Origin: Blepharisma stoltei ATCC 30299
Lineage: Eukaryota; Protista; Ciliophora
Assembly: GCA_965603825.1 (NCBI GenBank)
Contig: CBFDEM010000039.1
Span: 62,001-126,000 of the forward strand
Reading direction: 5' to 3'
DNA length: 64,000 nt
This document shows, one piece after another, positions 1 through 11,734 of this stretch. The translations under genes were made by a program, and so were the position numbers. Below the pieces are notes generated by a model. It did not search any database and had not been told where the DNA came from. It worked only from the letters and a program-made list of their open reading frames with translations. Numbering within the stretch: the first letter of the stretch is position 1; the number at the start of each line of letters is the position of its first letter.

Positions 1-1586
1 CTTACGTTATAAGGCTGCCGATTCCGCAAAAGTCTTGAGTAGTCTTCTTGTTTAGGTGTAAACATTTCTGAAAAATCAGAAAAACGCAACTGGCCGTCTT
101 GGAGAGAAGAATAGTGACGGATTAGGAGGTATACTTCGTCACGGAGGGCGATAGGGGCCATTTCTTGGATTGCGCTTTCTACGTCTAAAGTGGTGATGGC
201 ACTTCTGTCATTTAAATCGAAAATTCTGAAGGCGTCGACAAGATTGAAGTCGGGCTTGAGGCTGAGCTCGATTTTTAGCTTGTCAAGATCTCTGTTAAGT
301 CTGATTTGTTCTTGCAGCATGCTGACTAGCTCGTTTTCTTCATAAATGCTGAATTCTGAGTAGCTTAATTTACCGTTTCTGGATCGTGATTTATTTGGTG
401 AGGAATAATCAGATTTTTTGGCCGAAGAATGACTTCTTCTTGAGCTGCTAAATGTTTTTTCTGGGCTTCTAATTGATGAATTTTTTTCAGGACTTTGGTA
501 AAAAGACACACTTTTAGATGGAGATGATCTTAAAGGTGAAGAATTTCTCAATGGTGACCGAGACTGATATAAAGAATCAGTTCGGCTTGGAGATGATCTC
601 CGCAATGGAGAAGAGTTTCTTAATGGTGATCTTGATTGATAACTGCTTTCAATTCTGCTAGGAGATGAGCTTCTTAAAGGTGAAAATCTTAATGGGGAGC
701 TTCTTCTAGGTGACTGATAAGTAATTTCATTACGGCTAGGCGACGATCTTCTCAATGGAGAACTTGCCCTTGGCTCATAAAAACTTTTAGAAGGTGACGA
801 TGTATAGGTGCTTCTCATTGGAGACTCCCTCAACGGTGAAGACCTTGATGGTGACCTCCTCAATGGTGAGCTTGCCCTTACTTCTGAAAATCCTGCAGAG
901 CTCCTCAAGCTCCCCCTCACAGGTTTAGCAGGCAATAGCCCATCCACAAATTCGCTATAACTAATAATCCCATCCCCATCATTATCAATTCTCCTATAAA
1001 TTGCATCAATATCTTCATCTAGCACCATAAATTCATGCCTCCTCATAAAGCTAAACAGCTCAGCTCTCTCAAACCCTGAGCCTCTCCTTACATCAATAGC
1101 CCTATACGCATCAATTAAATTAAAATCATATCTTTCAGCCAAATTTTTCCTGGAATCCTCCATATCTCTTTGTACCTGAATTTCAGTCTCAAAAAGCCTC
1201 ATCAATAAATACTCCACGTCAGAAGAAACTCTTGGATAAGCTGGTCTTGCTTGTGTGAGGTCTCGTAAAAGCTGATTTGCGCTGGGGAGAGCAAGCTGGG
1301 TAAACTCACTTAAAGAAAGCCGCCCATCAGAATTGGCGTCATATTGTCTTATTAATAGCTGGCAGTCTTGTTCTGTGCAATAAACTCGGTTTCTTTCTAA
1401 AAAGCTTAAAACGTCAATAAGGGAGATGGAGCCTAGACCAGCTCGATCTAGGAATTTAAAGGCACTATATGGCTCAAATTCTCGGTTTTGGCACAGATTT
1501 TGCCGTGCAGCTTCAACTTGTTTTTCTCCCTGTGATAAAATGTAGAGCAGTTGGGCGAGTTTTCTCTCTGTTTCCAGACCTAACAT
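1..1586 (-). CDS. EF-hand repeat protein with central Ser-Pro-x-Arg/Lys low-complexity region (3'-partial)
   Basis: ATG at 1586 (MLGLETERKLAQ...), open to window edge; EF-hand-like segments such as YDANSDGRLSLSEF and AFRIFDLNDRSAITT; absent from the ORF track because it runs off the window. Confidence 0.8.
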   Translation of the reverse strand, partial: MLGLETERKLAQLLYILSQGEKQVEAARQNLCQNREFEPYSAFKFLDRAGLGSISLIDVLSFLERNRVYCTEQDCQLLIRQYDANSDGRLSLSEFTQLALPSANQLLRDLTQARPAYPRVSSDVEYLLMRLFETEIQVQRDMEDSRKNLAERYDFNLIDAYRAIDVRRGSGFERAELFSFMRRHEFMVLDEDIDAIYRRIDNDGDGIISYSEFVDGLLPAKPVRGSLRSSAGFSEVRASSPLRRSPSRSSPLRESPMRSTYTSSPSKSFYEPRASSPLRRSSPSRNEITYQSPRRSSPLRFSPLRSSSPSRIESSYQSRSPLRNSSPLRRSSPSRTDSLYQSRSPLRNSSPLRSSPSKSVSFYQSPEKNSSIRSPEKTFSSSRRSHSSAKKSDYSSPNKSRSRNGKLSYSEFSIYEENELVSMLQEQIRLNRDLDKLKIELSLKPDFNLVDAFRIFDLNDRSAITTLDVESAIQEMAPIALRDEVYLLIRHYSSLQDGQLRFSDFSEMFTPKQEDYSRLLRNRQPYNV

Positions 1587-1653
1587 TTGTAAATAATAAT
1601 TAACTGTTAACGGAATAAGAAAATATGGATACTTAAACATTAAATAGTTAGCC

Positions 1654-2574
1654 CTATAGTCCTTGTACTCTTGCTAGTACATTTCCACACCTTTTGCAAA
1701 TATGTAAAACTTCTTGATATTTATTAAGCAATTTTACATCTCCACAGCTTCGAATAGAACTGAAAAAATACTGGATAGATTTTCATACTCCTAGAGATTG
1801 CAATCGAAAAGTTATTTCTACTGGAGTTTCACTTGAGCAGATACTACAATACATCCTATTAATATTTCCCTGACAATTTTTTTGGATTTGCGATTTTATA
1901 TTTTTTTCAAATGTAAAATTTGGCGATTTTTGCTCAGTTGTTTCCGGCTCTATTATAAGCGTGCTTGCAAGGTGAGAGTTTAAGAGCGCGTTATTGGAGT
2001 TTCGTAGCTCAAATGCATAATTTGGAGTAATTGGCTCAGTAAGTTTCGAATAGTTTACTGGGTTCTTGCTTGCGTCAGAACTAAAACTGCTATAAGGAGT
2101 TGAAGATCTGATTTCGCTGTTTTGGTATCTTTTGATAGGAGATTTATGTGATGGACATCTTTTCAGAGGCGAAGGAATTTTACACTTTTTAGTGTATCGG
2201 TCTTCATCAATAAAAGAAAACTCGCTGATGTTATCTTGGTTACAGGCTGTTTGCTTCATATTTTTAAACATTCCTTGGTAACTTTGGTTCACATTTTTAA
2301 TAACCACACTTGGGCAGTGGTTACGCAGAGGAGATTCCATGCTGCGAGTGACTGAGTTATTGTTGGAATTTTTCTTGGTGTTTTTGCTGTGGGGAGGCTG
2401 ATAAGGGCATTTTCCATATAAGACTTGGCATGAGTCCAGCGAGTTTTCGAGCTTGTCGAGATTTTCAAGTGTTTTTCTTAGAATTGATTTTGTGATGATT
2501 GAATTGGAGGATTCTCGCATCGCGTCAAGAAAGGAGAGTTTCAACTCATGCTCTTCGTTTTCGTGCATTGACAT
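1654..2574 (-). CDS. Low-complexity protein with C-terminal LITAF-like zinc ribbon
   Basis: Reading TGA 1783-1785 as Trp extends the ORF to TAG at 1654 and completes CSIC...HICKRCGNVL (CxxC...HxCxxC). Confidence 0.7.
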
Positions 2575-3709
2575 TTAACGAATTATTTAAATAACTTAGA
2601 AAAAATTAGAATAACCCGGGTTTGAAAAGATGTAATTTCATCCATGACTTATAGGAGTAAAAGAATGCTAAGAGGTGTAGAGTTTTACATAAGTCACCAT
2701 TTGAAAATTTGTATGAAAACTACTTGTAGTGATGGGGAATTTTTCTTATGAATTTGTAGGCATAAATTAAGGTATGCTGTAGATAGGAAAGAAAAATGAA
2801 TTAATATTAAGCTTTTTAAATTCCTAAGCACAAGGAATAAATTGTTAATTCTAATTTCTAGTTTGAAAAAGAATAAAAATCTATTTTGTAATTAATGAAT
2901 GAAAAAGATATAGACGCGCAAAAAATTCTTAAAATATGTTAAATTATCTAGTGATAAAATTGAGAACTTGGTGCTTTTTAATTAACACAAATATTAATCT
3001 TCCCTTATAAAAGCGTGGTTGAGATTAGATATAATGTAATAAAGTCTAGAAGTCTATTTAAAATTGATGACTTATCTTTAGGTTATTGATTTGGTTAGCC
3101 CTTAATAAGGCGAAATTGATATTTTACAATATCTTTTAGGTTTTTAATAAAGGGAATTAAAATTTCCGTTTACGCAAAGTTAGTTATACCTATAGTTCTG
3201 ATTTCATTCAAACGGCAACTTTTATGAATAATAAAAATATTAATTTTTATTTTCAATTAAATAAAAAATAATATCCCTATAAAGTTGGTTAATTATTTAA
3301 AATTATATGTAAATTCATAATTTCTATTAATTTCCTTTCTCAGAATATAAGTAATACTAAATATAAGCAATAATAATGGCTAAATTTTGGTCTCTTCACA
3401 AATTTTAGCGTGGGGGTTATTACAGATTAAATAAATCTAAATTTATAATATAAAAATAATCAATTATTATCGGTTATACAAAATTAATGACGAAAACTTT
3501 GCATGGCTCAATGATTAAGATAAAAATAATACTTTTCTTCCTTTTTCGAGAAAAGAAAAAAAATTGTTTTCAAATGCTGAGAGCTTTTTGTATAATAAAC
3601 TTGCTAAATTTAAAGCTTCTTAAAGCCAAGCATTTCAGTTTCCGGTTATGACAATCGATTATAAATTTTCAAATTATATAAGAGAAATATTAAATAATTT
3701 AGATCCCTG

Positions 3710-4885
3710 ATGGACGATGCAATAGGAGGCAGATTTATTAAAGAATCTATCATTGGAGAAGGGAATTTTGGGACAGTTTATCGAGCTCTCGACAGCACAA
3801 ATAAAAAGCCTGTTGCGGTCAAGGTCGAAAAGCCATCAATCGACATATCTCAAGTAGAGAACGAAATCAGAGTTTTAAACGCCCTACAAGGCAACAGAGG
3901 TTTCCCTCGTCTTATTGCATCAGGAACTGAAGACGGGTCAATGTACATTGCAATGCAGCTGCTCGGACCCAGTCTTGAAGAAAAATTCCAAGAAAGCAAG
4001 CACCTGTTCAGTCTTATGGTGGTTTTAAAAATCGCCGAACAAATTCTTAGCAGGATTCAAACTTTGCATAATAAGTTATTTATCCATAGAGATATTAAGC
4101 CTCGCCAATTTTTGATGAGTCCCAGCGCTGGCTCGCCCACAATCTACATGATAGACTTTGGCTTATCAAAATGCTATCAGAATGGTAAAATGGGTCTTCA
4201 CATCCAATACATGGAAAATAGGCCGTTTGTAGGGACTGCTAATTATGCTTCCATCAACACACATATGGGAATCCAGCAGAGTCGTCGTGATGATTTGGAA
4301 TCGTATATGTATATGCTTTCATATTTTTTAAATGGAAGTTTACCATGACTTTCCAAAGACCACAGTATCAGTGACCGAGAAATAAGGCAAATAAAAAATC
4401 GAATTTCTGTCAATGAGCTTTTTAGGAAAGGACCGCAGGAGCTTGTGCTGATGATGGCGTATATAAAAAGCATGGCTTTTGAGGATAGACCAGATTATGA
4501 TTATTTGATGGGGTTAATTAAAAGGATGAAGGCTAATGTAAAAGTAGAGAAAAAAAGAGGGATCAGCACACTTAGTGTGAATACTATAGAGCAGAAGGCG
4601 AGAAAGGTTAGGAAAGCTATAACAGATCCATTTGCGGAGCAGCCAGATTTGTTTAAGACTGCGAAAAATGGGGAGAAAAATAAAAATGAGCTTTTGAATC
4701 CTGGAGATGAGGAAGAAATGAAGCCAGAGCCGAATTCTGCTGAGTGTATGACTGAGGAGACTGAAGTGTATCCAGAAATCAAGGATAGGAATATTTTAAA
4801 AACAATAAATACAAAAGAGAGGCCTCAAAGTAGGAGTCTTGACATAGATGCGATGAAAGAAACACAGAAGTGTTACATTATGTAA
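3710..4885 (+). CDS. CK1: Casein kinase 1 family protein kinase with C-terminal CaaX (CYIM)
   Basis: GEGNFG, VAVK, HRDIKP, DFG, SINTHMGIQQSRRDDLES; TGA 4346-4348 sits at the conserved LPW and joins two in-frame ORFs. Confidence 0.92.
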
Positions 4886-5768
4886 GGAATTAGCTATTTT
4901 TTTAATACTTTAAAAGCTAATTTTATGTGATTGATAAGATGTGTTATTATTTATATAGATTGAGAATTTAACTTTTTAATTCTCTGTCTTATATAATACC
5001 TATTGAGTAATTTTTTCTGCTATTTACGATTAATTTTAGAATTTTAATCAGATATGTATATTAAGAAAATCTAGTGCTAAGTTGTTTCAAATTTCCTTTT
5101 TATATTTAATTAATGAATTATTTCAGTATAAAATTTTTCAGTTTTCATATTTTAATCATCTCAAAATATTAAGAATTGGGTTTAATATCTTTATAATAAA
5201 TAATTCCAACTAGAAGGCGATTTCTTGGTTCAATAACAACTTGAAGATATTTAGGCTTTATTTGTTCTTCGTCTTCAAGTTCGTTCGATTAGTTCATATT
5301 TCATGCAGCTTTATGGTTCTTTCATCTTCCATATCAGTGGATTATTTTAAAATCTAATAAATAGACGTACTAATTTTTATATATATATTGCCCTATGAAA
5401 TATATTTGATGAATTTAAAGTTTGAGGCAATTTTAATAGACTAAGAACACAGAAATTGCTCTTAATCGAAAGAGATAAACACCAAAGGTGAGCTAATCTA
5501 AGTGCTAGCAAGATTATGCAAGGAATTTAAAAAAATGAATATAAAATTTTGCTGTTAAATTATCCATACTTAAACTCAAAATTTCCTTTTCTCATTTTTA
5601 CAGTTGGCCTTTCAGCGCTTTCTCTTTATAATATTTCCTTATCTTGCTTAACACTTTTTATTCCTTAAAATACTCCGAGCTATTTTTCCTTAAATTTTGA
5701 ACATTAAGAACGGCAAAGAGAATTGCCTCATCTTGTTTTCAGCAGCTTTATTACACTCATACAAAAAT

Positions 5769-7757
5769 ATGGAAGATTTTAATAAGCCTAAAGAGTACGA
5801 TCCAGAGCTGGCGAAATATAATTTTATCCAATGAGACTGAAAAGCTGAATTTGGGTTTGAAGAAGACGACGGGCTGCCTGAAGATTCCACACAAGAAGAG
5901 GCAACTGTTCCATTGAAATCTTATAGTGACCTCCAAGATAAGTATTCAGCATTAAAAACTGAATTTGAAGAATACAAATCACAGCAAGAAAGCAACCGCC
6001 AAGTGGAAACCTCAGTGCTAAATCTCATGAAAAAAACATTAGAAAACACCAGAATTCAGCTAGAATCATTACAAAAGCAGCAACGACATAACATTCAGCA
6101 ATTAATCCACTATAAAGAAGCTGCAGAGTCATATTATCATATGTCAGGAATTATTCCAAAAGATTTTGTATTTGTTGACATTGACGCCGAAATCATGCGA
6201 GTTGCAGAGCTAGACATCGAAGGAATTAAGCTCGATTACACCAGAAGACTCCAAGATATCGAAATTAAAAACGGGAAAGAAACAAAAGAATATCAAAAGA
6301 AACTGAAAGATTTAATTAATCTAGTCAGAGAAGAAAAAGAAAAAACAAAAAAAGCGATGGAAGCTGCAAAAAAAGCAATCGAATACGCCAAAAATATGAA
6401 ACCTTCACAGGGTGGATCATCAAAAGAAGCAGAATTAACCATGAAGCTAAAAGAGCTGCTAAAAAGGTATAAACAGCTTCAGCTCGAAAACCGACAAATT
6501 TTATCGAGAAGTTCCTATATCCCGCCTGCAAATTTTCCCTCAATTTTGCCTATAATTTCCGATTTAAAATCCAAATTCGGCGACCTTAAAGATTTCATCA
6601 TTTCAATCACCAAAAAAATGCCTGTTCTGCTTGTAAAACTCGCCAAAGATGAAGCCAAAAGCATAAATTCTTTAAAAAACAAAAATTACGATTCTTTATT
6701 ACAAGACTACCATCACATTTTGAAAGAAAGAAAATACTTATTTAACCTTGTACAGGAGCTTAAAGGTAATATCCGAGTTTTCTGCAGAGTCCGCCCATTG
6801 CACCCTGACGAGCCTTCTAGTTTAAATTTTAACGAGCCTGACACAATTACAGTATCAAACCCTTTATTAGGACTTGTAAGGACCTGGGAGTTCGAAAAAG
6901 TGTTTACTCCCGATAAAACCCAAGAAGACGTTTTCAATGAGCTCAGCTATATGGTTACTTCTTTTTTAGATGGCTATAATGTATGTATGTTTACATATGG
7001 ACAAACTGGGTCTGGGAAGACTTATACCATGGAAGGGCCTGATGAGAACCCTGGGATCATTTACAGGGCAGCTTCTTATGTGTTTCAGCAGGTAAATTCT
7101 AGGGCTTCGTCTTGAAGCACTGAGCTTTCTATATCGTTGATGGAAGTTTATAATGAAACTATTAGGGATTTATTAAATGAAGGGCAGGCCAAGCTGAAAG
7201 TCAAACAAGACAATAATCAAAGAAACCATGTCCCTGGACTTACAATAGTGCCAGTCAGGTCTATAGATGAAGTTATTGGGTATATGAAATATGGGCTTTC
7301 TGTAAGAGCTACTGGGACCACAAATATGAATAAACATTCGTCAAGATCCCATTTAATTATGACTTTATACCAAAAAGCAGTTAATTCAAAAATAAACACA
7401 GAAATTTATAGCAAAATTCACCTAATTGACTTAGCTGGCTCTGAAAGACTAAATAAATCAGGAAGTGAAGGCGAGCGGCAAAAAGAAGCCCAACACATAA
7501 ACTTATCATTATTTGCACTTGGAGATGTAATTTCTGCAAGGTCGCAAAAACTAGCTCATGTCCCATTTAGGAACTCTATTCTTACACACTTATTGCAAGA
7601 TTCCTTATCTGGAGATTCCAAGACTCTTATGATTTTACAGATAAGTCCTGAGATGAGACATGTGGAGGAGACTGTTTGTAGCCTTAATTTTGGAGCTAAG
7701 GCGAGAGCTACTCAAATAGGAGTTGCACAAAAAAATCAAGTAAAAAATAACAGTTAA
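5769..7757 (+). CDS. Kinesin-14 (C-terminal motor, KIFC/Kar3-like)
   Basis: Coiled coil, then ELKGNIRVFCRVRP neck, YGQTGSGKT, SSRSH, DLAGSER; three in-frame TGA (Trp). Confidence 0.92.
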
Positions 7758-8611
7758 TGATATGATAAATTTAAATCATGGGATCCGGCTGGCAAGGAAT
7801 ATTTCCGAGCTTTGTAAGATGAATAAGTCGTCGTTTGGGGACGCAAAAATTCTCGGGTTTGCTGGGTATATATAGCAGAGTCTCGGATCAGCAGTAAAAG
7901 TGGGCTTTTTTTGATAGCAGTTCTAGATGGCCTAAGAAATGCTTTATTTTCATGAGGAGAGCCTGGCTTTGATTGTTGAGGATTAAAGATACTTTTCACA
8001 TTAATTACATCAGTTTTTGACTTGTTGGTTTTTATCTTAAAATGCTGAAAAAATTGGTTTGGGCCTGGGTATCGTTCCTAAATATTTTTTACAACGCTAC
8101 TTTCCCTGGTATCTGAAGTAAAGTAATTTGATGAAGAATCAATTTTAAAAGATTTCCGCCTTTGCAGCATAGAAGAATGCCGAGTGGTCATAGCATGGCT
8201 TGATTGGCAAATTTTATTTACTTCAGAGTCCTGAATTGCGAAATTTTTAACCCATTGTCCATTTGCAAACATTTTTGGAGTTTCGGCTGGCTCTGTAGAT
8301 GTGCAGCTGATACTCGATTCAGTTACTACTTTTATAGGCTTATTAGCTATCTCTTTATAGTTCTGATAGATTAATGTTTGAATATGCTCTGTTGATTTAT
8401 ACCGGTTATTTTCTTTATTTCTTTTAATCACGATCTTGTTTCCAATAGGATGGGAGTTTAGTTTAGAGTCATTTGATAAATCATCATTTCAAGCAGAAAC
8501 TCTTGTTTTTGTGTGTGTATTTCATGTGAAATCTGCTAGGTCAAATACATTCGTTTTATCGCTTTCAAGGGTAAGATTCATTATTGATTTTTGTTCAAGA
8601 TCTTGTGACAT
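7754..8611 (-). CDS. Hypothetical low-complexity protein, one 15-nt intron (8078-8092)
   Basis: ATG 8611, two TGA-Trp; intron removal joins track ORFs 8078..8431 and 7754..7999 in frame. Confidence 0.7.
8078..8092 (-). other. 15-nt spliceosomal intron GTAAAAAATATTTAG
   Basis: GT..AG, A at position 10, carries the only in-frame TAG. Confidence 0.8.
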
Positions 8612-8641
8612 GTTTTATTATAAATAATAAGCTTAAAATTG

Positions 8642-9556
8642 ATGTCTTCTAGCACAAGACCTAGCGATATGTGGCTTTCTTTAAGTATTGACGAAAGCTA
8701 CCACAGTATCCCAAGCAAAGATTACGATCACACTGACCCCGAGGTTGCGGAGCTCGAAAGTCTTTCGGCCAATTTAGCCAACAAACTCGAAAGAATTAAT
8801 GACAATATCAGCGACATAAAACGAAAAAAAGACAAAGCCCAGCACAAAATTGAAAGGTAACCATAAATTAGGCTTGAAGATGAAAATCACTTCCTCAGCA
8901 AAGAAAATGAAGAACTCTCAGAAGAAATCAAACAATTAGAAAGGACGCTTTATTTGTGACAGCATCAAGAACAGTTAAAATCCCCCAAACACAGATTCGG
9001 CCAAAGTTCACAATTTAATAGAGCTTCCATACAGTTATCGACGTCAATACTAAACAATTCCTCATCGATGATAAGCGAAGAAGACCCAGACGATGACTTA
9101 AGCACAGTTGAGTCAATTAAGCAGCAAATTATAGAAATGAAAAATACTTTCCAGGACCAGGCTATTGTATTGTATCAGTTGCAGGATTTTATTAATGAAA
9201 CTTATGAAGACAGGATTGAGTTTCAAAAAATAGTTTTGGAGGTAGAAAATGATAAGAAAAAGGCTTCGCAGCTTATTGAGGATTATTATGTGAAAAAAGC
9301 GACCAATTTTGAATGCATGAGGTCAGAGGGGTCTTCTTTATTTGCTGGGAGTTTAGCAAGGAGCAGCATTGAAGAAGATATGACATTTGGGATGCAACTA
9401 AAACAGAATTCTTTTAAGAATGTTAATATTTTGCCGGAATTACCGAAAAAAAAGAAAAATATGTTTTGCGAATATATTAATTCGAAAAGAAAAAAGAAAA
9501 TAATTAAAAACGATGCACTTAGCACGCCACAGATTGTGCCAAATAGGAACAATTAA
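8642..9556 (+). CDS. Coiled-coil hypothetical protein, one 15-nt intron (8857-8871)
   Basis: Intron removal plus one TGA-Trp joins track ORFs 8639..8860 and 9068..9556 in frame. Confidence 0.75.
8857..8871 (+). other. 15-nt intron GTAACCATAAATTAG
   Basis: GT..AG, A10, removes in-frame TAA. Confidence 0.85.
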
Positions 9557-9594
9557 GGTAAATTAAGGTATGTATTAAGATAATAAAAGGGAAA

Positions 9595-9864
9595 ATGGAA
9601 AATGGCTGCTTTTCTTTCCATCATAGTTTGACAAGAATTAACGAGCTTCCGCTGCTTAATAATCCTGGGGTCTATTTTATTATAGTGTTATTTGTTATTT
9701 ATGTTATTAGCATAGTAGTAGGAAACAAAGCTGATAATAAAAAGCCACTTTCAAATTTAAAAAGACGACCATCTTCTACATCAAGAAGCGATATTTATAT
9801 TGCGCCGTCAGAGTTTAGGCATTTTGACGAAGATTTAAGTGAGATTAGTAGAGTAGAAAATTAA
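9595..9864 (+). CDS. Small single-pass membrane protein (89 aa)
   Basis: ATG..TAA filling the gap between genes; one hydrophobic helix GVYFIIVLFVIYVISIVVG. Confidence 0.55.
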   Translation: MENGCFSFHHSLTRINELPLLNNPGVYFIIVLFVIYVISIVVGNKADNKKPLSNLKRRPSSTSRSDIYIAPSEFRHFDEDLSEISRVEN

Positions 9865-9916
9865 GCATTTTATTACGGCATTTTTTGAAAAATTTAATAA
9901 AAAATTAAACTAATAC

Positions 9917-10789
9917 ATGATCGGCCCACCTATTTGGAATCCAAAGCAGCTTTATAACTTAAAGCAGGAAATACAGAACGAAGCTATAAGACAAAAGCAA
10001 GAAATCCAAAGAAAACGAATCGCATTGGCATATGAAAGTTTAGAAAGAAGAAAAATCATCGAAAATATGAGCGATTCTGAAGAAATGCCTAAAAAGCAGC
10101 ACAAAAGATCTAAAACCCATCAAGATTATATTCCTGATAAGTCAAAATTAGCAACTCCAGCAGTTACTTATGATTTTAATAAACAACCAAAAAATAGGGT
10201 AAGCTCTATGCAAGAAAGCTATAAAGATTCTGAGACTAGTGATTACGACGCAAAAATGTCAAGAAAATCAAAGATTTTCAGTTCTTGTGACAGCAGGTCA
10301 TCTGATTATAATGAAAGGAAAAATATGCTAAAATCAGTGATGTTCCCTCTATATCTTTCCAATATAAAAGTGGACCAAAAATTAACCCAGTCAATATTAA
10401 ATAAACAAAATAGCCAAAATGAGAAAAAAAAGACAAAAGAAGCAGCATTAGACGAGCTTGCAAAGATTTTGGATGAGAAAAAATTGAATAAATCGGTTAG
10501 GAATACAATAAGTGAAGTATTAAACAGCTCTGAAACTGAAGGCCCTATAGAGCATAGGGTGAAAAGCAGAAAGCAAAAACGAAAGCTTACCAAATCGTTA
10601 GACAGCTCTTTAAAAGAATGCATTAGCGCTTACAAAGGCGCTATTAATGATTATGGGCTAAATCAAGGACAATTTTATGGATTTATTCCTCCAGAATCAA
10701 AAAAAAGCAGCAACAAAAATAAACATAAAAACAAGTTAAAAGAATTTCTTCCTTTAATTGACAAAGGAAGGTTAAAAATTTTATGATAA
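9917..10789 (+). CDS. Lys/Ser-rich hypothetical protein
   Basis: Long ORF ending TGA TAA (Trp, then stop). Confidence 0.7.
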
Positions 10790-10842
10790 AATAGCAATTT
10801 TTTATTATTGAATTTCAAATATAATAAAAATGTATAATTTAT

Positions 10843-11634
10843 ATGAAAAATAGCCAAAAATCCAATTTATTTGGTGAAAAACGATTTAAGATTGACTTAT
10901 ACTCAAGAAACTCAGATCCTCAAACTCTCTCAAATTTTCTATCATTCCACAATTTTAGTGGAAAAAAAGTAGATATAATATGATATAACTTTAAAAGACC
11001 TGCCCCCGAGAATAATGTCTTGGATTCTTTTAACTATTCAAAAAGCAATCGTTCCTGAATAATTGAACTTGCCAAAAATTTCAAAATTATTTCTTCAGGG
11101 GCCACTTCTTGAGGGTCAAATGCTGTATTTTTTGAAGATTTCGTGTATATGTTTGGTGGAGGTTATAATGGGCGTACTGAAAGGAAAGCGAAAAGATTAG
11201 ATTTAGTCAAAAATAAATTGGAAACTTTGATGCCGATTCCTGAGCCTTCTAAATATTGCTCCTGTGTAGTTTTTTGTAATAAAATTCTTATATCAGGCCA
11301 ATATTTTGAAGATTTGTTTTTATATGATACAATAATTGATACTTATCATGCTTTACTCCTAGGAGTAATAAAAAATTCACCAAAAATCGTTTGCACAGGA
11401 AACAGCCGAGGGTATATTTTTGATACATGAGGCTATTACTACGAAAGTAACCAAAATGATGAATATGCCTGGAATAGTCTTGGGCATACTTTTATTATTT
11501 CTGAGTATACTTGTCTTCATCTATGTAAAGTTTATGGTTGAAACTCTATTTATTTGCTTGCTAATTCTAGTATTTATCGTTTTGATTTATCACAAAACGA
11601 ACTTGTGAAGCTTGAATATAAGGATAATATTTAA
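10843..11634 (+). CDS. Divergent kelch-like beta-propeller protein
   Basis: Continuous frame with five TGA-Trp; VYMFGGG and KILISG kelch-like blades. Confidence 0.7.
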
Positions 11635-11734
11635 ATAAAATAGTCATGCTACTGGGAAAGTTTTGTATTTTAAATAAATAATTTATTAGATTTTTATGAT
11701 TTAATTATCATTTTAAATAATAATTTAGATTTAT

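Noticed and set aside
1579-1585. CCTAACA resembling the heterotrich telomere repeat
   Set aside because: Single partial unit overlapping a start codon; no tandem telomeric array in the window
2575-3709. Long AT-rich spacer as a possible retained IES or transposon
   Set aside because: No terminal inverted repeats, ORF or interrupted gene recognisable; IESs cannot be called without MIC/MAC comparison
5169-5335. Minus-strand GIIYYKDIKP resembling a kinase catalytic-loop relic
   Set aside because: Very short, no other kinase motifs in frame, and easily produced by AT-rich sequence
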